A stretch of 64,000 bases of DNA, taken from contig NC_077233.1 in assembly GCF_027887165.1 (NCBI RefSeq), positions 136,177,080 to 136,241,079 of the forward strand, written 5' to 3'. Below the pieces are notes generated by a model. It ran no database searches, was not told the origin of the DNA, and saw only the letters and a program-made list of their open reading frames with translations. Origin of the DNA: Monodelphis domestica. Taxonomy: Eukaryota. This document shows positions 31,501 through 42,589 of this stretch, in pieces (position 1 is the stretch's first letter; every line of letters starts with the position of its first letter). The position numbers were made by a program, and so were the translations under genes.

Positions 31501-34500
31501 AATAAACCCACATAAGTCATCAGCATTTCTATATAATTCCAACACAGCTCAGCAGCAAGAACTAGAAAGAGAAATCCCATTCAAAATTACCGAAGACAAA
31601 ATAAAATACCTAGGAATCTCTCTCCCAAGACAAACACAGGAACTATATGAACACAACTACAAAACACTCTCCACACAACTAAAACTAGACTTGAGCAATT
31701 GGAAAAACATTAATTGCTCATGGATAGGACGAGTCAATATAATAAAAATGACCATCCTACCCAAACTTATTTATCTATTTAGTGCCATACCCATGGAACT
31801 TCCAAAATTTTTTTTTACTGATTTAGAAAAAAACCATAACAAAGTTCATTTGGAAGAACAAAAGATCAAGGATATCCAGGGAAATAATGAAAAAAAAATA
31901 CAAAGGAAGGGGGTCTTGCAGTCCCAGATCTCAGACTATATTACAAAGCAGCGATCATCAAAACAATTTGGTACTGGCTAAAAGACAGAAAGGAGGATCA
32001 GTGGAATAGACTGGGGGCAAGCAACCTCAGCAAGACAGTATATGACAAACCCAAAGATCCCAGCTTTTGGGACAAAAATCCACTATTTCATAAAAACTAC
32101 TGGGAAAATTGGAGGACAGTGTGGGAAAGATTAGGTTTAGATCAACACCTCACATCCTACACCAAGATAAATTCAAAATGGGTGAATGACTTGAACATAA
32201 AGAAGGAAACTATAAGAAAATTAGGCGAACACAGAATAGGATACATGTCAGACCTTTGGGAAGGGAAAGACTTCAAAACCAAGCAAGAATTAGAAAGAGT
32301 TACAAAATGCAAAATAAATAATCTGGATTACATCAAATTAAAAAGTTTTTGTACAAACAAAACCAATGTAACCAAAATCAGAAGGGTAGCAACAAATTGG
32401 GAAACAATCTTCATAAAAACCTCTGACAAAGGTTTAATTACTCAAATTTATAAAGAACTAAATCAATTGTACAAAAAATCAAGCCATTCTCCAATTGACA
32501 AATGGGCAAGGGACATGAACAGGCAGTTCGCAGCCAAAGAAATCAAAACTATTAATAAGCACATGAAGAAGTGTTCTACATCTCTTATAATCAGAGAGAT
32601 GCAAATCAAAACAACTCTGAGGTATCACCTCACACCTAGCAGATTGGCTAACATGACAGCTATGGAAAGTAATGAATGCTGGAGGGGATGTGGCAAAGTG
32701 GGGACATTAATTCATTGCTGGTGGAGTTGTGAATTGATCCAACCATTCTGGAGGGCAATTTGGAACTATGCCCAAAGGGCGATAAAAGAATGTCTGCCCT
32801 TTGATCCAGCCATAGCACTGCTGGGTCTGTACCCCAAAGAGATAATGGACAAAAAGACTCGTACAAGAATATTCATAGCTGCGCTCTTAGTGGTGGCCCA
32901 AAACTGGAAAACGAGGGGATGCCCATCAATTGGGGAATGGCTGAACAAACTGTGGTATATGTTGGTGATGGAGTACTATTGTGCTAAAAGGAATAATAAA
33001 GTGGAGGAATTCCATGGAGACTGGAACGACTCCAGAAATTGATGCAGAGCGAGAGGAGCAGAACCAGGAGAACATTGTACGCAGAGACTGATACACTGTG
33101 GTACAATCGAAGGTAATGGACTTCTCCATTAGTATCAATGCAATGTCCCTGAACAATTTGCAGGGATCTAAAAAATACTACCCACAAGCAGAGGACAAAC
33201 TGTGGGAGTAAAAACACCGATGAAAAGCAACTGCTTGACTACAGGGTTGGAGGGGATAAGACTGAGGAGAGACTCTAAATGAACACTATAATGCAAATTC
33301 CAACAACAGGGAAATGGGTTCGAGTCAAGAACACATGTTATAACCAGTGGAATCGTGCATCAGCTATGGGAGAGGGAAAGGTGGTGGCAGGGGGGGAGGG
33401 GAGGAAAAGAAAATGATCTTTGTTTCCAGTGAATAATGTATGGAAATGACCAAATAAAGTAATGTTTAAAATTAAAAAAAAAAAAAGAATGCTGAATTAA
33501 TGGATTTCTGTAAGAACTGGAAAGACCTCCAAGAACTGATGTGCAGTGAAATAAGCAGAACGAGGAGAACATTGTACCCAGAGACTGAAACATTGTGGGA
33601 CAATCAAATGCTACTAAAAGCAATGCAAGGATCCAGGACAATTCTACGGGACTTAGGAGAAAGAATGCTATCCACATGCAGAGAAAGAACTGAGGGAATA
33701 GAAATCCAGAAGAAAACATGTGATTCATCATTTGTTTGTACGAGTATGTCATTTGGGGTTTTGGTTTTAAAGGATTGATCTTTTATAAAAATGAATAATT
33801 TGGAAATGGGTTCAAGGAATAATATATTTATATATAATCCAATAGAGTTGCCTGTCAACTCCAGGAGCAAGGAGGAATGAGGGGAGGGAGAAAACATGAA
33901 TCAAGTAACCATGGAAAAGATTAAAAACAAAACCCCCTCCAAAATTACACAGCTGAACCCAGGACCTCCTATCTCTAGGTGTGGCTCTCTATCCACTGGG
34001 CTGCCCCTGTGCTCAGCTTCTTTTAGCAATCTTTGGCTAGACAGTAAAAGTTGGCTCAAGCAGGTTTTTGGTAGCTTTGGTCTTTTTCCTTATTTGGGAC
34101 CTAGTTATCACAAATCTAGATGATCTCTTTAGCAATGACAAGGAGGGCTTATGCTTTCAAATGTCTCAGAGAGAGTTTTTAATTATAAAGGAGCAGGACT
34201 CCATCCTGCTTACAAGGAGAGATTTTTCAAAGTGGGGTTATTATCTGAATTCCCTAGAAAGAAAGGAATGAGGTACAAACTTGTATCTCATTTTGAGGTT
34301 TGAGTCTCACAGAGACAATTTCAGAAATTCAATATAAAAAAAATAAATCCTCAAGTGATCAGGGATCCTTTCTCATGTGAAACCTTCAGAGTAGGGTCAA
34401 ATCCTAAACAGTCAATGATGAATAAGGAGACAAGACTTACCAGGCCCTTCAAACAGCCACTCATCTCCTGCTATTCTCTCCCCTTTCTCATCTTCAAAGT

Positions 34501-37500
34501 CAAGCAAAGCCTTAAGGTGCAGTGCTGTATTGGGCAGAACCACCTGCAGTGGGGTTATGTCCTAGGAGAGAAGAAGAGAAATGCATGATCCTTCTTCTGG
34601 GGCCCTCAGAATGAGGGCTCTCAGATATCTGAAGAGGGAGACCTGAAATTCAAGGTGGGAGCCCCGTTTCAGAACCAGGTAATCAAGTTCTATCAGAAAC
34701 AGAAAAGACTGAAAAGGGAATTCTCTCTAGTTTTGGTTTTCCTGAATTTTACTATCAGTGGAGCATCCTGAAGAACTGTATTTTGTGAATCAGGGAGCAG
34801 AAAACCCTTTACTAGACATAAGTAGTAAATGCCCAAATATCCCACTATCACGTGGAGTAGCAGATAGAAGACTGGACTTGGAATCCAAGGATCAAGGTCA
34901 GAGTCTTGACTCTTCCAATGACTAGCTTTGTGTAATCTTAGATAAGTTGATTAATCCCTCTGAGTCTCAGTTTCCACCTCTGTAAAAAGTGGAGGTTAAG
35001 ACTCTTGGTCTACATTCAAATCTAGTTGGTGAAATGATGGGGATCTTGGAAGTGAGTGATAATGCCATCTTAGCATTTAGTGGCAGACTGGAATTATCTA
35101 TAATTAGGAATATAAACACATTTTGTCATGTCCCTTGATTTTACAAGAATATATTTCAAAGGTTTCAGAGATTCTCAATTTAGAGTAGGTTGACAAAGGA
35201 TTGAGGGGAAGGAGAGGGGGAAGAAGGCAATGAATGAATCCTGCTGGTGAACATAAATGATTTTCACTAGTAAGAAAAACGTCTTAACAAGAAGTCAAAT
35301 GGTTATGGAGAGACATTACTGATAAATTCCAATTTTGGAAAGGCAAATGAGCAAAGTCTGAGCTGAGACAAAAATACAAAAATGGGTCCTGTAAGAATAC
35401 CAGAAAGACTAAAATTCTGAAAGAGCTGGAACTTACAATAAATATTAATGATGACAAAATAGGGTTTTAAAAACTATGATAGAGGCAACAGACAGAAAGC
35501 AAAAAGAGAATCACTATTCAAGGTGTATGTAACAATGATAAAAGAAGGTAGATTTACTCATCTAATTTTGCTTGTTTTTTTCTCCACCAAGGAGAAAGTC
35601 CCTTAGGCCTGAGAAAGGCCAAACAAAAATGGTTAATGAACTGAAGTAAAAGTCAAGAGATGAAATTGTAGGTTATAACTGCTCTCAATTATTGTCAAGG
35701 CATTATGGCACTCTGTCCCAGAATCCTGGAAGAATTTGTATAAGCTATCAACCTGAATTACAAAAAAATAAATAAATAAAACCCACAACAAAAAACCAAA
35801 GTAGCAATAATAGAAGATCTTTAAAGAGGCAAGAAAAGATTGTAATCTGGGGTACTTCAATGCACAGGAGTACAAAAGTAGCCAAGAAGGGTAGAGTGTA
35901 AATCTTAAAATTGCTCAGACTATACATTAGATTTGATTAAGTTATTCCCCATTCTCTACAATGGAGGTACTTGGTCAGAAATGTATTGAGAACTTTAAAA
36001 TTACTCCACCCTGCTCAGACAGTGCCTTAGGGGAAGATAAAGTGGCAAATTCCTGATTGAACAATGAAAAGTCCCCAATTCATATTTATAGTGAAGCAAA
36101 AACCCTAAGCTAGGTGATCTATTTTTAGATCTAATACAAAAGGGTGCTAAGTACCTATAAAGGTGAAATTAATCACTAAAAGGTCAAGCAACTTACAAAA
36201 GGCAAGTTTAACAAAAGAGGTGTGAAGTACTCAGAAGATATAATCTACCCAGAGAAGGTGAGAACTAAAGAGTGGTGAGAACTAAGAATGGGCAGTCCTA
36301 GGAAAAGGGTCTACTATGATTGGTAGATGTGAAAATTTAGGGAAGGTGACATAAGAGAAAATTTCTTTAAAAGGAGAATTCAGTTCAGTTTGGAAGCTGA
36401 ATTGGAGCTCTGAACTCAGTTCAGGAGTTCAGTGGAGGGTTGGAGCTTGCTTGAGACACTTGTGGTGAATGATAAAGACTGACTCGCTCTCCCTTAGGCT
36501 CAGGCCTATTGGTCTAGGCCCTTTACTTTTTCTCTCTCTCTCCTTCCCTTAATTCCTTCATTTGTATTCATTAAAATCTCCATAAAACCCAGCTGACTTG
36601 GGTATTTTCATATTTGGGAATTTTCCCATGGTGACCACTTAATTTTTAGATTTTTAAATCAAGACACTAAAAATTATCTTTACAGTTTGGCCAAAGGCTT
36701 TACAGTTTTGGCAATTCACAGTCTTGGCAAACCATATTTTCACGGTTACAAGAGTTAAATAGTCTTATGGGAGGTGCAGCCTGAAGAAGCTGTTACATAA
36801 ATTGTTTCACCTAACAAGTGAAAACCCACAGAGGAGGTTAGAAAGCCTGGGAGGGGAAGTTGGAGGCTGGGGAGGCAGACTGTCCTCAGGAAATTCATGG
36901 TTGAGGGGAACATGGCAAAAATCAGAACAAGAAGAATCAGAACAAATAATTCTGGATTGTTTCACTTTTTGTTTTTTTGATGAATTTACTGGATTTTTTA
37001 AAAAACCCTTACCTTCCATCTTGGAATCAATATTGAGTATTGGTTCCAAGGCAGAAGAGTGGTAAGGGCTAGGCAATGCGGGTTAAGTGACTTGCCCAGG
37101 GTTACACACCTGGGAAGTGTTTGAAGGCAGATTTGAACCTAGGATCTCCTGTCTCTAGACCTGGCTCTCAATCCACTGAACTACCCAGCTGCCCCCCGAG
37201 GTTACTGGATTTTGAAAATGCCACAGACAGTTTTCAGCAAGCCACCAGTCAAAATCTCTCACAATGTTGTTAAGGACAATATAGACAGATGTGGGGAATA
37301 GGTTAGCAATCAGGGAGAATTAGAAATAGGCAAAAGCCTGGACTTAAAAATAGAATGTAGCGTAGCAATCTAACCTGAAAGTAGCTCTCTAGAAGAATGC
37401 TTTACATAGGATGTGGTGTTGTCCTTAGTATTTGGGGAAAATGTAGATCTCATGAGGAAGAACAAATGTATAATGTGAAAGAATTGAGGTCCTTAGATAG

Positions 37501-40500
37501 TAGAACTGGTAGAACAGTGGACCAAATTTAGTAAGATTTTTTTTACCCTATTTAAAATCCTCCTACTGAAAAAGATAAAATTTTGGGAATAGTTAATATT
37601 AATTAATGATTTATTTAGTAAAAGTTAGTCTTAGTTGTTGGCCAGGCTTAGCGGCTAACTAGTATCAACACTTTCTTTAAGATGTAGTTACCTATAAATT
37701 CAGTAAAAATAATTCATTTAGTAGCATTTAAATTAAAACAAGAAATAATATATTTGTAGGACTAAGAATAGATACTAGATTAAGTTAGAGATCGTAGGTT
37801 TTAATTTTCCTTTCTGATAGCTGGCTGTTGAAGGGAGACTTCCCTTATTTCGGTGGCCTCAAGCCCTTTGCAATATTAAGTTCCTGAAAATTACAAAATT
37901 TCCCTGATATACTCATGCTGAAAATTGGCAATAATGAAAAAGTTAATGTAAGAATCATCTCCAAATTTTCAACCTCTCTGATATGTCAAAAACACCTCCT
38001 TGTTGTAAATCCTTTCTCTAAGTTTCTCTTTTCCTCCTTAAAAGAAGCTCTGTCAATCAGTCAGGTGTCTCTGACCAAACTGGAAATCAGACAACCATTG
38101 ATCTGATATAACAACTGGTCATACATTAAAATCAATCAAGCTCAGAAGTTTGCTTTTCCCAGTCTTTTCCTTTTATAGGTAAAGAAGTTTATTTTAAATA
38201 CACTGTAGTTTTGTTTTGTTTTTAATTGCACAAATATAGAATTGGGATGTAGGAGCAGACAAAAACTCTTAAGGAAAAGATCTGGGGTTAAGTATTCTAC
38301 AAGCTCAAAATGGGCAAAACATGTTATGTAGCAAATCAAGTCAACATTTATTAAGCACCTATTATGTATTGGGCACTGTATAAAGCATTAGGGATACAGA
38401 AAGGAGCAGAAAGAAAAACATTCCCTGCCCTTGAGAAGCTTGCATACTAATGGAAGACAATACACATAAAGAACCTAAAAATGTGGGGAAGTGGAGAAAG
38501 TAGAGAGGTAAGGACAGAGAAAATCTGGGCAGCCAGGAGTGGAGCCCAGTAAAGAAGGAAGGCATGACTGGAATAGGTGCTGCAGAAATTTAACACTAGC
38601 TTGTACCCTTTTTTTGGCACCCTCAGATAACCTTTTGATTATAAAGAAGGTCTCACTTCTGAACCTCTGAACTGTATTTCTCTGAGGCCATGGATGAAGT
38701 CCTCCCTACCTTGCCAGAAGATGCTGTACCAGTACTGTGGGGCCATTCTAACACTCTCCTAGTGACTATTGGGATCTGGAAGATCCTGTCAAGACTGTGA
38801 TCAGAGTCCTCCAAATCAGAGGGGGCTCAGGGAAATGGACATCATGAGGACCATAAATTGGAGTAGAGGAAGAAAATAGGGGCTTTTTGTCTTGGAATCA
38901 AGGACAGAGAAAGTGCTTAAGAGAACACTGAGGTGACCCTGATCTGGCTATACAGTTGACTAGGAGAGGAGGCTGCTAAAGGAATGGCCAGTCACACATG
39001 GCTGATGCCTCTTCTTTCTCTGGCCCACTTTTTATTATTTAATAATTATAAATTAAGATACAGTCTTTAGAGAATTTTAATCATAACAGGATGGCGACCA
39101 CAAAGGGATAGAGTCTGAAATTCTCCTTTTTTTTGCCTTTTTCCAAATTGTTGGGTTTTTTGTTTTGTTTTGTTTTTTGTCACAAGGAGTGACTTATCTA
39201 TAGAGTAGAAATTTTAAGTTTCAGGTTCCTGAAAAGTTCAGACTGTTCAGGAGAAACTTTGGATAAGGTTACGGTTTCTTTTATGTATCTACTTCTTGTG
39301 AACAGGCCTTCTATATGTTTGCCAATAATATTGTTTTCTTTTTGGTTAGAGAGAGAAGAAAAGCTGGCAAAGTAAACAGTGAAGTCAGCAAGATCTCTGT
39401 TAGGATCCTATCACAGAATGTTGCTAGGAAAGTCTCTCTCTCTTCCTGTCTCAAAGTACTAGCAAAGGAGCTCAAAGTAATAGCAGAGGAGCTATTTTTT
39501 CCTGAGGAAAACAGGATAATTATGGAAGTTCAGGAGAAGGGAAAGAATATAGGTTGTAGGGGAGAAGAAGTCTAATTATGGTAAACCAATACATTTACAA
39601 TGGACAATATGTTCCATTTTTAATACATATATACTGCTGCTCCTCTGTCTAGAATAGTCATAGGCTCACAGGAGGCTAATGAAAGATAGGAAGGACCTTA
39701 AGTGCCATTCAGGTCCAATGCCTTCATTTAAGTGTGATGAAACAGACAAAGAGAGGTACTGGCGGTCATAAAATAAAGGAGGTGAGAAAGTATGAGTATG
39801 TTTGGGGAATGACAATCTACAAAGAATGTCAATGAGCAGAAGTGGAGGGATTTGGGTGTGTAGTGCAGGAAGGAACTCCTTGCTAATTTGACCCCCTTTT
39901 AGTGTCCACAAATACCCCTCACCCTCTGACTTCTAGCCCTAGCAGAGCAAAAGGACACAAGAGATATTCTAGGTACCTGTTCCAGCTCTTCCCCAGGGTA
40001 CAATGGGAAGGGGTCCTGGGCCAGCCGGATCTCCAGGTCTGCATGCCGAAGTCGTGCTTGTCCTGTAGCTTCCTCAAATAGCACAAAGCCCTCTTTATCC
40101 CGGGCTACAGGGTTGGCTACAATGCAGTAATGTCGTGGTGGGACTGTCACCATACGTGATGGGGGAAACAGTACCCTGGTGAATAGAGGCAAAGTATAAG
40201 GGACTGTAAAGACCTTCTTTCCTCCTCTAACTCTTGTAACCCGGCTGGACATATCTAGAGAAAGAGAGAGTAGGCCAATGCTATAGCTGGAGGATGGAAA
40301 ATAAGACATAAACTCCAAGATAACAAAAAATTAGAATAAATGAACAAGAAATGTATTTCTCCAATAGGCCAGAATCCTTTGCCTGCTCACACATTGACTT
40401 GAGAGAGATATCACTCCTACCTGGAAATAAGAACAGAGATGAATGATCTGGAGAGGATTTAGCCAGTTCAACAAGTATTCCTTCCCCAAATTTTCCCTTT

Positions 40501-40785
40501 TAATATATTTTTAATATTTAATTTAATATATGTAATTATCATTTTATAATTATATATTATATATAAAAATTAAAAATTTAATAAATTTAATAAATAATTT
40601 AATATTTATTTAATATATTTTCTAGGACTCAGTGGTTCCTGATCTCAAACCAACCTTTCATTGTCCTGCCGGATGTAGGTTTTGGGCCCAACCTCCACAT
40701 GGGATACATTGCTGTTCTGGTCAAGCACATGGATGAAGTGGTATGGGGGGATTCGGATGATGGAATCTCCTCCCTTATTTGCCAT
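16446..40785 (-). CDS. MVP: MVP (major vault protein), complete CDS in 14 coding exons, 868 aa predicted
   Basis: Exon peptides match the recalled human MVP along its length ([27 protein letters not shown]..., vault repeats, shoulder, coiled-coil cap helix ...[24 protein letters not shown]...). The exon sum is 2607 nt, which is 869 codons, with all phases consistent. MVP is convergent with CDIPT. Confidence 0.92.
16660..16760 (-). repeat. Marsupial SINE fragment in the MVP intron
   Basis: Reverse-complement of ...cactt.agc.agcccagggtcacacagc... Confidence 0.5.
17050..17238 (-). CDS. MVP: MVP coding exon 13 (cap-helix / coiled coil)
   Basis: Acceptor tttcttcag|gag; [63 protein letters not shown]; donor cag|gtaagc. 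Confidence 0.85.
17640..17766 (-). CDS. MVP: MVP coding exon 12
   Basis: Acceptor cccaag|c; (S)[42 protein letters not shown]; donor acg|gtgagt. Confidence 0.8.
17940..18430 (+). mobile_element. Older L1 3'-end fragment
   Basis: The ORF2 C-terminal-like reading ...aatgagtggggatgaact... resembles the [14 protein letters not shown] region of other copies. Confidence 0.5.
18690..19500 (+). mobile_element. L1 3' fragment (ORF2 C-terminus plus 3'UTR plus A-tail)
   Basis: About 85% identical to the L1 3' end at 32750-33487 (...ggggaatggctaaa.aaact..gtatatg...gcagaaccaggagaacattgtacacagagactgatacactgtgg...aataatgt...aaaaaaa). Confidence 0.8.
20530..20680 (+). mobile_element. L1 3'-terminal fragment with poly-A
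   Basis: Matches the last roughly 120 nt of the L1 3' end (ggaggaggaaaagaaaatgatctttgtttccaatgaataatgtttggaaatgaccaaataaaataatgtttaaaaaaaaa). Confidence 0.75.
21180..21320. repeat. MIR-like SINE
   Basis: ...atagaagaggaaactgaggcaaacagggttaagta...cagatttgaactcagg... Confidence 0.6.
21352..21468 (-). CDS. MVP: MVP coding exon 11
   Basis: Acceptor ttctttcag|a; (K)[38 protein letters not shown]+ag; donor ag|gtaagg. Confidence 0.85.
21740..21925 (+). repeat. MIR SINE
   Basis: ...ctagtcctggagtcaggatgacctgagttcaaatat...cctcagtttccccatctgtcaaatgggagtaataatagcacc... Confidence 0.8.
21990..22376 (-). CDS. MVP: MVP coding exon 10
   Basis: Acceptor cacccacag|g; (W)[55 protein letters not shown]...[19 protein letters not shown]+aa; donor aa|gtaagt. 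Confidence 0.85.
22770..22935 (-). repeat. MIR SINE (reverse)
   Basis: Reverse-complement of the copy at 21740-21925. Confidence 0.8.
23493..23690 (-). CDS. MVP: MVP coding exon 9
   Basis: Acceptor ttccacag|g; (R)[65 protein letters not shown]+tg; donor tg|gtaact. Confidence 0.85.
23828..24072 (-). CDS. MVP: MVP coding exon 8
   Basis: Acceptor ttctttag|gtc; [41 protein letters not shown]...[23 protein letters not shown]+ag; donor ag|gtcagg. Confidence 0.8.
26030..26195 (-). repeat. Marsupial tRNA-derived SINE (reverse)
   Basis: ...gggctaggcaatgggagttaaatgacttgcccagggtctcatagccagg...ccattgagccacctagctggcc. Confidence 0.8.
26330..26590 (+). repeat. Two tandem MIR 3'-half fragments
   Basis: The motif cttgagggca...gtaaccccagg.cttagcacagtgc.tggcacatag.agg.gcttaa.aaatg appears twice. 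Confidence 0.6.
26860..27010 (+). repeat. MIR SINE
   Basis: ...gtcacttaacatctctctgcctcagtgttctcatctgcaaaatggag...acagggttgttgctaag... Confidence 0.7.
27348..27644 (-). CDS. MVP: MVP coding exon 7
   Basis: Acceptor cccgacag|ggg; [99 protein letters not shown]; donor aag|gtgagt. Confidence 0.85.
27728..27964 (-). CDS. MVP: MVP coding exon 6
   Basis: Acceptor cttcacag|ata; [79 protein letters not shown]; donor aag|gtgacg. Confidence 0.85.
28420..28625 (+). repeat. Marsupial tRNA-derived SINE
   Basis: ggggcagctgggtggctcagtggattgagagccaggcccagagatgggaggtcctgggttcaaatctggcctcagacacatcccagctgtgtgaccctgggcaaatcacttaa... Confidence 0.9.
28840..28934 (-). CDS. MVP: MVP coding exon 5
   Basis: Acceptor tgatag|ga; (G)[31 protein letters not shown]; donor aag|gtttat, which is a weak donor. 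Confidence 0.75.
29255..29470 (-). repeat. Marsupial tRNA-derived SINE (reverse)
   Basis: Reverse-complement consensus ending ...ccactgagccacccagctgccc. Confidence 0.9.
29680..29811 (-). CDS. MVP: MVP coding exon 4
   Basis: Acceptor ctctcag|gc; (G)[43 protein letters not shown]+g; donor g|gtaagg. Confidence 0.8.
30520..30720 (+). repeat. Marsupial tRNA-derived SINE
   Basis: Consensus match with an A-tail. Confidence 0.85.
30895..31020 (-). repeat. Marsupial SINE fragment (reverse)
   Basis: ...ggttccaaggcagaa.agtggtaagggcta.gcaat.gggttaagtgactt..cca..gtcacacagctggg. Confidence 0.7.
31115..33486 (+). mobile_element. Young 5'-truncated L1 insertion, about 2.37 kb. It carries the C-terminal two-thirds of ORF2 (reverse transcriptase and C-terminal domains), the 3'UTR and a poly-A tail, and is flanked by a 15-bp target-site duplication aagaatgctgaatta.
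   Basis: ORF-track peptides 31124-31981 and 32119-33042 show the L1 ORF2 RT motif FADDMMVYL, ...[16 protein letters not shown]... and the C-terminal Cys-rich WRGCGK..HCWWSC. The poly-A lies at 33472-33486. The direct repeat aagaatgctgaatta occurs at 31100-31114 and again at 33487-33501. Confidence 0.9.
33502..33930 (+). mobile_element. Older L1 3' end that was the target of the young L1 insertion; its 5' continuation is at about 31030-31114
   Basis: 31040-31114 (...gaataactgaacaaattgtgatatatgatggtgatggaatactattgtgctttaaagaatgctgaatta) and 33502 onward (atggatttctgtaagaactggaaagacctccaagaactgatgtgcagtgaaataagcagaacgaggagaacattgtaccc...) join into one continuous L1 ORF2 C-terminus and 3'UTR. 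Confidence 0.8.
34441..34561 (-). CDS. MVP: MVP coding exon 3
   Basis: Acceptor ctcctag|gac; [40 protein letters not shown]+g; donor g|gtaagt. Confidence 0.8.
34900..35010. repeat. MIR fragment
   Basis: ...ctgagtctcagtttccacctctgtaaaaagtggaggttaagact... Confidence 0.6.
36985..37200 (-). repeat. Marsupial tRNA-derived SINE (reverse)
   Basis: aaaacccttaccttccatcttggaatcaatattgagtattggttccaaggcagaagagtggtaagggctaggcaatgcgggttaagtgacttgcccagggttacacacctggg...ccactgaactacccagctgcccc. Confidence 0.9.
39977..40175 (-). CDS. MVP: MVP coding exon 2
   Basis: Acceptor ttcaccag|g; [66 protein letters not shown]; donor cag|gtacct. Checked against the ORF-track frame. Confidence 0.85.
40495..40625. repeat. 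AT-rich low-complexity tract (TTAATAT/AATTTAATA variants)
   Basis: ttaatatatttttaatatttaatttaatatatgtaattatcattttataattatatattatatataaaaattaaaaatttaataaatttaataaataatttaatatttatttaatatattt. Confidence 0.9.
40655..40785 (-). CDS. MVP: MVP first coding exon (ATG at 40785-40783)
   Basis: [43 protein letters not shown]+ag; donor gaaag|gttggt. Confidence 0.85.
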
Positions 40786-42589
40786 GGTGATTTCGGAGTT
40801 AGGAAGGCAGGAGTCAGATCTGGTTAAAACAGGATCCCTGGGGTGGGGAGAAAGAATACAAATGAATGATGGAAAGGGCCACCGAGAGCAAAGGAGTAAC
40901 ATGAAGGGAGGGAATGTGATACAGCCATGAATAAATGTTGGGGCCTGACCCATTTGTGTTTTTTTTCTCTCTCTCTCTCTGATTGAACCCTGACATCAAC
41001 AGGGATGGAATATTATTTTGTGATATGATTAGGAATTATAATATTTTGCCCCTGAAAGATCATTTGAGGGCATATTCTCCAGATTGTAGAATCTTGTGAG
41101 CTCCAAAGCAAATATATTGGAATTTGAGGCTGCCATTTGGAGACTTGTCTTTTGCCCAAGGTTAAAACGAAAAAGACTTAGGAATAAAAAGGGTTTTGTG
41201 CTACAATATGAAAACTGCTATGGGTGGATGTTTGTCCTTGGAAAAAGTTGAGATGACCTTGGTATGACCTTAGAAGGATCATCTAGACTCAGTTTCCTGA
41301 TTGTACTATTTCCTTTTGTTGTTGGGGACAGGTACCCTTTGCAAGAATGCAAAACTCCAAAAGTTAGCTTAAAAATAAAAAGAGAAATTTATTAATTTGG
41401 TAGTAATGTTGAAAGGTTAGGAGACAGGTGCAAGAGCAAACACTGCCTCCTAGAGGGGATGGATTCTGGGCTTTTTATACCTTTTTGACAGCGGGGTCCA
41501 TGTGACCAAGGATGAGAGAAAGGAACGAGGTTGGGCAAAAGTTGGGGATGTTTGTCACCTGACTGGGGCTGGAGTGATGTTTAGTGTCCCAAAGATACAG
41601 GGTTTGACTGGGCATAGTATGGGACAAGTAGATGTCCTAGATTACAACCTGATGGTATCAGAGCATATCAGAAGATGTATATCTTTGTCCATTTTGAAAT
41701 CTAGGGGAGAATCCAAGAGGAATACTTCTCTCAGGGGTCTTTGCTTATTGTGAGTCTCTGGGGCCCAGAGTCACCTTTTCCTCAGCATTACAAGAATGCA
41801 AGGAGGGAAAGGAATTTTCCTGCTTTTTCTTTGACCTGAAACACTTTTGGAGTTTTGGGGGTGTCCAAAGGGAAACCCAGGGTCCTTTGCCACTTTCATA
41901 ACAGTTAATTTCCCCACCTGGTTTATCTTGACCCTGACTTTTGATACCATGTGAATAATGTGGGTTTACTATTACTATTTACTATTACTAATAATTGGTT
42001 GTCAAATATGACTCATGTCTAGAATCAAAGAGAGCTAAGGGAGTTTTTTTCCCTGTTATGTTATGTCAGGTCAATCTGTACTCTTGAGGGGATGAATCTT
42101 GACGCTGTGATCTTCCTTTTCCCTTTTGTAGCAAATTTCAATAATTTGGCTGTGAACTGTAGGAGTTTTGTAACTATTATACTGAATACTAATTGATTGA
42201 TCCTGGAACATCTCTGAGTTACTACAACAGGACATAAATATGAAAAATCTTACATTTTTTTCCCCTTTCAATTTAATTTCCCCTCAATTATGTGTAAAAG
42301 CAGTTTCCAACATTTTAAAAAAGAACTTTGTCTCAAATTCTTTCCCTTCCTCACCTCCCCACTGAGATGGTAAGCAATCTGATACAGATTTTACATTGGC
42401 AATCATATAAAACATTTTCCCATATTAAATCCTTTTGCAGAAGAAAACTCAACCAAAAAAAAAGAATAAAGTAAAAAAAGTTTGCTTTGGTCTGGATACA
42501 GACTCCATTAGTTCTTTCTCTGGAAGCAGATGACTTTTTTTTTTTTAATCACAAGTCCTTTGAAATTATTTTGGATAATTGTATTGTTG

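Noticed and set aside
31124-33042. Two large ORFs (285 aa and 307 aa) on the plus strand
   Set aside because: They are L1 ORF2 (reverse-transcriptase and C-terminal) fragments of a 5'-truncated retrotransposon, not host genes. They are annotated as a mobile element instead.
40495-40625. The AT-rich block, considered as a possible DNA transposon TIR or MITE
   Set aside because: No flanking inverted repeats or TSDs are visible. It is better explained as simple AT-rich low-complexity or microsatellite-like intronic sequence.
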